A model generated the notes under the pieces. That model did no database searches and was not told the origin of the DNA. It saw nothing but the letters and a program-made list of their open reading frames with translations. A stretch of DNA of 64,000 bases, from contig CAVESF010000001.1 in assembly GCA_963618495.1 (NCBI GenBank), positions 40,998-104,997 of the forward strand. Direction: 5' to 3'. Below are positions 34,176 to 41,253 of the stretch, in pieces. Origin of the DNA: Acutalibacteraceae bacterium. Its GTDB lineage: Bacteria; Bacillota; Clostridia; Oscillospirales; CAG-272. Both the position numbers and the translations under genes were made by a program. Numbering within the stretch: the first letter of the stretch is position 1; each line of letters opens with the position of its first letter.

Positions 34176-36719
34176 TTATTTCTTCTGCATTTTCTCGTAG
34201 TCCGCTCTGTTCTGCGTGCCGAGAGCGTCTTTTAACATGACCGTGCCGTTTTCATCCTCATCGAATGTGTATTCGACAGAGCCGTGCCAACCATCGGAGA
34301 GCGCCTCTGCTTCATACCTGCGGAAAAGTCCGTCATCGGTGGGGAAAAATCCCTCGCCCGTGCCTTTATATTCCGTCAGCTGCCATACGACGCATTTGTC
34401 TTCTCCGTAAGGATGTTCAAAGCGCACTATGCCGACACCGTCCGCAAAGAGATATTCGCTTCTGCCGGAGAAATATCCCCACGCTTGATAATCGAAGCTG
34501 ACTCGCAGGCAGTTTTCAAATGTACCCGCAGGCGTAACGACCGTTTCGCCGCCTTTGACATTGAAATTCTTTGTGACATATTTGCCCGATTTTCTCTCGT
34601 CGAAATGATAGCCGTCTTTCCATTCATCCGACCACAGACAGCCTGCCGCATCCTGCAAAATTGTAAATAAGAAGCTGTAATACACCTTGTAGCCGACGCA
34701 GTTTTTGACGCAATCCGACATATCCTTCCATTCAAAGCCGTATTTGCGGAGGTTGTCATATCTTATTTTGCCGTCGGATTTTTCAATCACATCATATTCA
34801 AAGAAATTCCATCTGCCCTTTTCCGTATAATCCGAATTGGCTGTGGGATCGGTTTCAAAAATGCGGCGCATTACCTTGTTTGCCACGGCAGTGTGCAGCT
34901 TCTGCCGCTTTGTTACGGCAAGCTCTTCGGCACGCTTCATCGCGCCGCTTACATCGCAGAGAATCTCGTCATCTGAGTTTATATTCTTGTGGTAACCGTA
35001 CCTTGCCTCTGCCGTTTTGCCCTCCCATGTGTCGTAATAGCCTGTCACAGCCATAAAGTTCATATTTGAAAGCGTCACGGAGCCGGCATCGCATGCGGTA
35101 ACTTCAAAAATATTTTCTCTTTCCGTTATTCTGAGCGTTTCCGGAGTGGCAAGCGCATATTCCCAACGATTGCCCGCTTCAAATGGGAGAAGCCCGCCTT
35201 TGCCGCCTGTCTTATATGACGAAAGCACCCATTCGTATGAGTCATCATGCCTTGTTACGATCTGGCGGACGATACCGATTCCGTCACAGAGCCAAGTTTC
35301 GCAATGAGTAAGTCCATAGCGCTCGCCGTCAACAACATATACGGAGCAGTTTTCAAAATGCCCTGCCGGAGTATCGCACGCGCCGTCGTTTTTCAGATAT
35401 GTGAGCGTGATTCCGTCCGATGATGTAACCGTATCTCCTGTCTTCATGCTCTCGTCAAGCATCAAACCGTCGCATATGGACATATTCCAGAAAAGCCCGC
35501 CCTCCGCAGAGTCTGTTTCATAGCCGTATCCGGGCTGCTGCCAGAAATATAACTTGCCATCGATTTTTTTATAAACCTCGCCCGAAACATCGGGATTGTA
35601 ACGGATGACCTCGGGATTTTTTTCGGCAGCGATAGAGCGCTTTTCTCCCTCGATGGCAGATTTTGCATTTGCATAATATACATCGGAGGGCGTGAGGATA
35701 TTCATCACCTGCTCATAGCAGCGGATAGCTTCCTCATATTCTCCCTTTTCGCGGTATTCATATCCGAGCCAGAACCATACATAAGCCAGCGTTTTCGGAT
35801 AGCCGCCCTCGCGGTAATAAGGTATCTGCGTTTCACGCATGAATCTGATTTTTTCCTCGCCGGAATATTTTTCGTGTTCCTCATTGGCGACCATCATCAT
35901 AACATCATCGTTATGACCGTCCTCGGCGGATTTTTTGATTCGCTCAAAAACCTCTTTATTCTTCTCGCCTGGAAGCCACCAATAGCCGCGAAGAAGCGTA
36001 TCGGCGAGCATGGCGCTTTTTTCTTTTGAATCTTCAAGCGCCTCGACATTTGCAAGAACGGCGCGATATTCTTCTTCAAAACCGGTTTTGTCGTTTTTGA
36101 GCCTCCACAGCTTGAGTGCCTCGACCTGACGCATGACGCGGGAAACGAGGCTTTCGTTTTCGTTGTATGTTTTCTCCATAATACCGTAACCCTTTCTCAG
36201 TTGTTTTCTCCCCTCGGAAAGGCGCCATTTGACAGTACCCGCGGGAATAGACAGTATCTCCGCTATTCCCGCGACGGATTTTCCCTCGAAATAATGCAGG
36301 CGGACAGTTTCTCTAATCTTTTCGCTGAGCAAATCGACCGAACGACGGACATTTTCAAGGTCATCTTCGGCAAAAGGTTCATCTTCATCCGCGATCTCAA
36401 AGCCCTCGAGCGTGTCGAGGCTGATATCGGGTATCGCCGCGCGATAATGCCGCTCGAGTGTTCTCGCGCAGTTTCTGGCAAACGAGCAGACCCATGCGCC
36501 GAATTTTGAAGCGTCGCGAAGCTCGCAGAGATTCATCCATGCGGAAACAAACGCATCCTGCGATGCATCTTCCGCGGAAAATCTGTTTTTCGTCACTTTA
36601 TAAGCCGTTCCGATTACCGCGCGCTGATAACGGGTAACAAGCTCTTCATATGCGGTTCCGTCTCCGAGAAGCGTAAGCTCGACAAGCGCTTCGTCCGTTT
36701 TGTCAAAATGGTTATTCAT
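34176..36719 (-). CDS. ECF-type sigma-70 family protein fused to a ~660-aa soluble extension (TPR-like helices plus a duplicated unknown module)
   Basis: Region 2 (DASQDAFVSAWMNL) and region 4 (LSIPAGTVKWRLSEGRKQLRKG) lie within aa 1-178. TPR-like YVWFWLGYEYREKGEYEEAIRCYEQVM follows. The repeated motif TPAG-FENC...DG(I/V)GIVR occurs at aa 449-521 and 728-803. Confidence 0.75.
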   Translation of the reverse strand: MNNHFDKTDEALVELTLLGDGTAYEELVTRYQRAVIGTAYKVTKNRFSAEDASQDAFVSAWMNLCELRDASKFGAWVCSFARNCARTLERHYRAAIPDISLDTLEGFEIADEDEPFAEDDLENVRRSVDLLSEKIRETVRLHYFEGKSVAGIAEILSIPAGTVKWRLSEGRKQLRKGYGIMEKTYNENESLVSRVMRQVEALKLWRLKNDKTGFEEEYRAVLANVEALEDSKEKSAMLADTLLRGYWWLPGEKNKEVFERIKKSAEDGHNDDVMMMVANEEHEKYSGEEKIRFMRETQIPYYREGGYPKTLAYVWFWLGYEYREKGEYEEAIRCYEQVMNILTPSDVYYANAKSAIEGEKRSIAAEKNPEVIRYNPDVSGEVYKKIDGKLYFWQQPGYGYETDSAEGGLFWNMSICDGLMLDESMKTGDTVTSSDGITLTYLKNDGACDTPAGHFENCSVYVVDGERYGLTHCETWLCDGIGIVRQIVTRHDDSYEWVLSSYKTGGKGGLLPFEAGNRWEYALATPETLRITERENIFEVTACDAGSVTLSNMNFMAVTGYYDTWEGKTAEARYGYHKNINSDDEILCDVSGAMKRAEELAVTKRQKLHTAVANKVMRRIFETDPTANSDYTEKGRWNFFEYDVIEKSDGKIRYDNLRKYGFEWKDMSDCVKNCVGYKVYYSFLFTILQDAAGCLWSDEWKDGYHFDERKSGKYVTKNFNVKGGETVVTPAGTFENCLRVSFDYQAWGYFSGRSEYLFADGVGIVRFEHPYGEDKCVVWQLTEYKGTGEGFFPTDDGLFRRYEAEALSDGWHGSVEYTFDEDENGTVMLKDALGTQNRADYEKMQKK

Positions 36720-36900
36720 AAAGCGTCCTTTCTTTTTTGGGGGTTCGCCTATAAGTGCGCAAAATGCGGGAAAAGGTTGGGTTGCGATAATAATTTTTTT
36801 GACTGTAATTATATTATAAAGAAAAATCCGAATAAAAGCAATAATTTTCGGTTATTTTGTCGTAGATGCGGCAGGATTCAATCCAACCGCGGATTTACAA

Positions 36901-36929
36901 TGGACAAAATTCAAAAAATATGCTATAAT
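36901..36929 (+). promoter_or_regulatory. sigma-A type promoter for the second sigma-fusion gene
   Basis: TGGACA (36901-36906), 17 nt spacer, TGcTATAAT (extended -10; hexamer 36924-36929). Confidence 0.45.
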
Positions 36930-37010
36930 TTTCATAGAAACATTAACCAAATCATTTTTCTTTCACTATTAAGGCAGAAGCTTCTGAAAAACTTATAAGG
37001 AGGTGGGCAA

Positions 37011-38570
37011 ATGGACGAAAACGGACTTCATGAGAAAATCGCGGAGATATCCAAAACAATCTATTCGTATTGCAGAGCCAAAACGCCCTCGCAGGAGGAA
37101 GCCGAAGATTTATCGCAGGATATCTTGCTTGAGCTGATGAAATCGGTTGAGAATATCCGCAATGACAAAGCTTTTTATGCTTTCATGTGGGGCGTTGCGG
37201 GAAATGTATATAAGCAGTGGTGCAGGAAAAAGCAAAAGAATATCACCTGTGAGCTACCCGAAAATATCCCCGATGAAGAGGAACTTCCGGAAGATGGCGG
37301 CAGTGATATATATCTTCTTCGCCGCGAGCTGACATTGCTGTCCGAAAAATACCGCAAAGCAACGATTTTGTATTATATTGAGGGGCGTTCCTGCTCTGAA
37401 ATTTCAGATTTGCTCGCAATATCCGAAAGCATGGTAAAGTATCTGCTTTTTAAATCACGAAAAATACTGAAAGAAGGAATGAATATGGAAAGAAATCTCG
37501 GAGAACTCAGCTACAATCCCAAGACCTTGATTCCCATGTACAGCGGACAGGGTCCGAATCAATTTGGGCAACTCATGCAAAACAAAATAAGACAAAACAT
37601 AGTAAGCGCCTGCTACAATGATACATTGACTGTTCAGCAGATAAGCCTCGAAACAGGCATACCGCTTCCCTATCTGGATGATGAAATAAAAGAGCTGGAA
37701 AGCAAAAAAATAATTATCAGGGACGGTACACGCTACAAGGCAAACATAATTGTAATTACAGCCGAGTGTGCGGATGAAACAGAGCGCGCTGTCGCAGAAT
37801 ATCATGAAAAAATTGCGGATAAAACGGAAGCTTTTGTAAAAGAAAAAATAGCCGAATATAAAAATATCGGCTTTATCGGCAACAATTTTTCCGAAAACAC
37901 TTTGCGCTGGCAATTTTGCACCGTTCTTTTCAGAATGGTAAGCGGCATTGACTGCGGCAAAACGGATGCGCCTCAAACAGGCTGGGGCGAATCAGCATAT
38001 CTTTGGTGCATTGAAAAGCTTAACAAAAAGCACATATTCAATTATTGCGGCGTTGACAGCAAGCATGGAGACAGTATTTATTTCTTTGACTATCTGAAAG
38101 GCGGTAAGGGAAATCACCATGATTTCTACGGAAAAGACAGACATATCAATATATTCTGCGATATCTGCAGCGGCAGAAACATGACATTCGGTGAATATGA
38201 CCTTGAAGCAGTTGCCGACATGATAAAGAATGGCTATGTAATCAAAGAAAACGATTCTTTCAAAGCGACGGTTCCGGTTTATACCTCTGAGCAGTATAAA
38301 CAGATTTGCACCATCACGGAAAACTTTATAAAAACGGAGCTTATCGGAATCATTCGCGATATGGATAAAATCGCTGCGCGGATTTTAAGTGCGCACACGC
38401 CGAAACATTTGCAAAATCAGGTTGAGGACATTGCCGCCATGGACAAGTTTGTCAACGCCGTATGCATTACCGCCACGATACTTATAGAACGAAATTTTCT
38501 GAGTACCTCATGGCATCCGCTCGAAATGCCGACAACATATACCGTCCTTGGCAAGACCGACAAAAAATGA
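37011..38570 (+). CDS. sigma-70/ECF-like protein fused to a wHTH-like segment and a ~300-aa unknown C-terminal domain
   Basis: Region 2-like EEAEDLSQDILLELMKS...AFMWGVAGNVYKQW. Region 4-like ATILYYIEGRSCSEISDLLAISESMVKYLLFKSRKILKEG. Then LTVQQISLETGIPLPYLDDEIKELESKKIIIRDG. RBS AAGGAGGTGGGCAA upstream. Confidence 0.7.
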   Translation: MDENGLHEKIAEISKTIYSYCRAKTPSQEEAEDLSQDILLELMKSVENIRNDKAFYAFMWGVAGNVYKQWCRKKQKNITCELPENIPDEEELPEDGGSDIYLLRRELTLLSEKYRKATILYYIEGRSCSEISDLLAISESMVKYLLFKSRKILKEGMNMERNLGELSYNPKTLIPMYSGQGPNQFGQLMQNKIRQNIVSACYNDTLTVQQISLETGIPLPYLDDEIKELESKKIIIRDGTRYKANIIVITAECADETERAVAEYHEKIADKTEAFVKEKIAEYKNIGFIGNNFSENTLRWQFCTVLFRMVSGIDCGKTDAPQTGWGESAYLWCIEKLNKKHIFNYCGVDSKHGDSIYFFDYLKGGKGNHHDFYGKDRHINIFCDICSGRNMTFGEYDLEAVADMIKNGYVIKENDSFKATVPVYTSEQYKQICTITENFIKTELIGIIRDMDKIAARILSAHTPKHLQNQVEDIAAMDKFVNAVCITATILIERNFLSTSWHPLEMPTTYTVLGKTDKK

Positions 38571-38629
38571 CCCACTCTTCCCTGCCTTTGGATGATTTAA
38601 AATAATTTCAAAGATTTTTCAAAAACCTC

Positions 38630-38660
38630 TTGACTCTCCTCTTAACTGTAATGATACACT
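38630..38660 (+). promoter_or_regulatory. promoter with a 19-nt spacer (MerR-type architecture) upstream of the MerR-like gene
   Basis: TTGACT (38630-38635), 19 nt spacer, TACACT (38655-38660). A CTTGCAAG palindrome lies just downstream. Confidence 0.4.
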
Positions 38661-38724
38661 TGACTTGCAAGAAAGAAACAGCGCTGTTTTTGCGTATTGC
38701 AAATCCGAAAGAAAGGAAAAGATT

Positions 38725-40268
38725 ATGTATAGGATAGGCGAATTATCAAAACTGTGCAATATATCTGTAAAAGCTCTGCGCTATTATGATGCGCAAGGGC
38801 TTCTTATTCCGGATAAGATTGATAAATTCACAGGATATCGGTATTATTCCGCTTCAAAACTGGTGGATTGCTACCGTATAATTGCCTTAAAGGAACTCGC
38901 TTTTCTCTCGATGAGATAAAAGTACAGCTCTCGGTAAGTAACCGCGATAAAATCATCGAAATACTGACTGCAAAGCTTGCCGGGCTGAATCTGCTCATTG
39001 AAAATGCAGAGAAACAGCTGAAAAGAATCAAATCCATAAAAAACAGTCTTACAGAAGGAGAGTCAAATATGTTTAATGTTATTATCAGAGAAACGGATGA
39101 AATCCGTATTGCCTTTGTACGCAGATTTTACGGTTCAAAAGCGGATGCTCTGCGTGAAGCCGCCGAAATCGCGGAAAAACTGCCGAAAGCTATCATGGGC
39201 AGACGAAAAATCATAATCAACTATGAAACGGAATATAAAGAATCCGATTTGGATCTTGCCGCATGCGCGGAAATCACCGGCAACCTGCCAAAGAGCAGCA
39301 CATACAGCGAAAAGACGCTTACTTTCGGAAATAATGTCGCTTCCCTCTGCTGCAAGGAAAACGAGCTTGACGAAGCATACAAAGCTATTATCAGACATCT
39401 TGAAAGCTCGGATTATAAGGTTTGCGGCGCTTATTATGAAATTTATCATGATGACGGAACGGCAGAGCTGAAAGTCCCCGTAAGCGGCAAGTCAAAAAAG
39501 CCTCTATATTCCGACAAAAAATCAAATGCGCCCTTTACTGACGACCTCGAAGTATGCGGCAAGTGGGAGATGCTCGATATCGTCCCGACGCGCGAGCAAT
39601 TTATCTATGGGAAGCCGAAATGCAGTCATCCCGCATGGCTTCATGAGTTGTATTTCATCGATGGCGGAAAAGGCTACTGGTCAGTGGACGGCTGGACAAA
39701 AGGAACACTGTTTACAGACAGCCCGAAGCCGGATACACAGTATGCAAATCATTATACTATTGAAAATATCGACGGACACAAGCTTCTTTTCCTTGAGATG
39801 ACCGATTGCGGCGACAGTGGTATCGGATTTGAAACTCCCGAGATATGGGTATATGAAAAGACAGATGAAAGACACTATGCTTCGAAAGAAGAATTCAGAA
39901 AATGCGACAATATCGACTATCCGTTTGTAAATGACACTGCTGTTCTCGGCAAGTGGAAAGTACGGGATTTTGTTATTCACAAAGAAAGCTTTGACCCCGA
40001 TAAACCGAACTTGAAACAGGAAGATTTATTTGCGCTCTCGGCGGAATTTGGAGAAAACGGAGTGTATGTATCAACCACCCAAAACGGAACAAACAGCGTC
40101 ACCTCCGTATGGACAAAGGGACTTGTTCTGAACAGGCGTGAAAAGACCGCGTCTGCATACGAAATAAAGACGATTGACGGCAAAGAATATCTTTTCAAAG
40201 AATGGAAATGCGGCGATTATTCGTTTGGCGGCGGCAGAGTTTATTTTTATGTATTTACCCGCGAATAA
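38725..40268 (+). pseudogene. MerR-family regulator with a GyrI-like effector domain and a tandem unknown domain, interrupted by a 1-nt frameshift
   Basis: Frame 1 reads MYRIGELSKLCNISVKALRYYDAQGLLIP...IIALKEL and then stops (38917-38919). The +1 frame continues with (G)FSLDEIKVQL..., the expected MerR continuation. The two frames join at 38899-38900, where GC sits in place of a Gly codon. Confidence 0.7.
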
Positions 40269-40358
40269 TAAAAAAGGTTCTATAGCGTTTGGCTAGGTGA
40301 TCATTTTTGTTTTTATCTGTTGCAAGACAGAAAATATATCGGATTGTCGTTTACCTAA

Positions 40359-40540
40359 TTTCGTGAGTTCAAATCCAGACAATTTGAGGAGGGATCAAAT
40401 GTGTTTGTAAACAATTTTTGAAGTGGCGGATTTTTCGCACTGTCAGGCTCTGCTTTCGCAAGTCCGAATCCAGCCACAGAACCGATTGCTTTCGGGAAGA
40501 CGCAAAAAAGTCCTTTTCGTGAGTCCAAGTCCGGACACAG
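40359..40540 (+). repeat. three degenerate copies of a ~25-nt motif derived from the 3' half of tRNA-Gln, inverted relative to the intact gene
   Basis: R1 at 40359-40382 is TTTCGTGAGTTCAAATCCAGACAA. R2 at 40454-40479 is TTTCGCAAGTCCGAATCCAGCCACAG. R3 at 40515-40540 is TTTCGTGAGTCCAAGTCCGGACACAG. Compare the tRNA sequence CATTCGTCGGTCCGAATCCGGCCAC. Confidence 0.6.
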
Positions 40541-40591
40541 CATCGAAAAGGGCAAAAGGGATCTATGAAACTCCGAAAAAATGCAGTGGCG

Positions 40592-40640
40592 AAAAAACGG
40601 GAGAAATCTTTCGAAATCTCCCGTTTTCTCGTTTTTCATC
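40592..40640. terminator. bidirectional terminator (ends tRNA-Gln on the minus strand)
   Basis: AACGGGAGA (40596-40604) pairs with TCTCCCGTT (40617-40625). The minus-strand tail is TTTTTTCGCC and the plus-strand tail is TTCTCGTTTTT. Confidence 0.65.
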
Positions 40641-40667
40641 GAGCGGATCTAAATTGACTTGCCATCA

Positions 40668-40742
40668 TGGCTGGGGTGGCCGGATTCGGACCGACGAATG
40701 CGGGAGTCAAAGTCCCGTGCCTTACCGCTTGGCTACACCCCA
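40668..40742 (-). tRNA. tRNA-Gln (anticodon UUG), CCA-encoded, 75 nt
   Basis: Hand-folded. Acceptor TGGGGTG/CACCCCA. D-arm GCC-AAGCGGTAA-GGC. Anticodon stem CGGGA/TCCCG with loop CTTTGAC. Variable loop CATTC. T-arm GTCGG-TCCGAAT-CCGGC. Discriminator G followed by CCA. Confidence 0.9.
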
Positions 40743-40761
40743 GTATTTTCATTGCCTGTAC

Positions 40762-40791
40762 AGTATATCATAAATACAGCTTCATTGTCAA
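40762..40791 (-). promoter_or_regulatory. sigma-A type promoter for tRNA-Gln
   Basis: On the minus strand: TTGACA (40791-40786), 18 nt spacer, TATACT (40767-40762). The -10 box is about 20 nt upstream of the tRNA 5' end. Confidence 0.55.
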
Positions 40792-40959
40792 GTATTTTAT
40801 CAAAAGCGAAAAATAATTTTAGCTTCTCAGCCGCCCGAAATCATATCCGTTGCAGTATAAAAAGGCATATTTCGCCATAAAACGTGTATATTGCTTTCCT
40901 CCATGCCTTTCACGGCACATGCACCACCGCATATATTATCACAGGAGGCAACTACAGAA

Positions 40960-41253
40960 ATGGCAAAAAGACAAAACAATGCAAAAACTCTTGCCGAGCT
41001 TCCGGTAGGCTCGGCAGGTATAATATATGATATAAACGAAAAAGGTGCGCTCCTGCGGCGGCTTATGGATCTCGGTTTTTCGGGCGGCACTGCCGTTGAA
41101 AAAACAGGCATAAGCCCGCTCGGCGACCCATGTGCATACAAGATACTCGGCACAATTATTGCTCTGCGGCGGAAGGATGCACGCAAAATTTTACTGACGG
41201 AGGATGAAAATGGGACTGACAGGCGGCTCTACGGGAAAAAGCATAACGAATAA
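40960..41253 (+). CDS. feoA: FeoA-family iron transport protein
   Basis: LAELPVGSAGIIYDI...LLRRLMDLGFSGGTAVEK...ILGTIIALRRKDARKILL follows the FeoA SH3-like pattern. Start at ATG 40960 after AGGAGG. Confidence 0.8.
   Translation: MAKRQNNAKTLAELPVGSAGIIYDINEKGALLRRLMDLGFSGGTAVEKTGISPLGDPCAYKILGTIIALRRKDARKILLTEDENGTDRRLYGKKHNE

Noticed and set aside
40386-40410. Perfect SD (GAGGAGGG) followed 5 nt later by a 3-codon mini-ORF (ATG TGT TTG TAA) right after repeat R1.
   Set aside because: No gene follows on the plus strand before the terminator at about 40600, so there is nothing for a leader peptide to regulate. It is probably a chance match or part of the decayed element.
40743-40959. I looked for a Fur box upstream of feoAB.
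   Set aside because: Only a half-site-like ATTATCA is present (about 40936-40942). There is no convincing 7-1-7 dyad.
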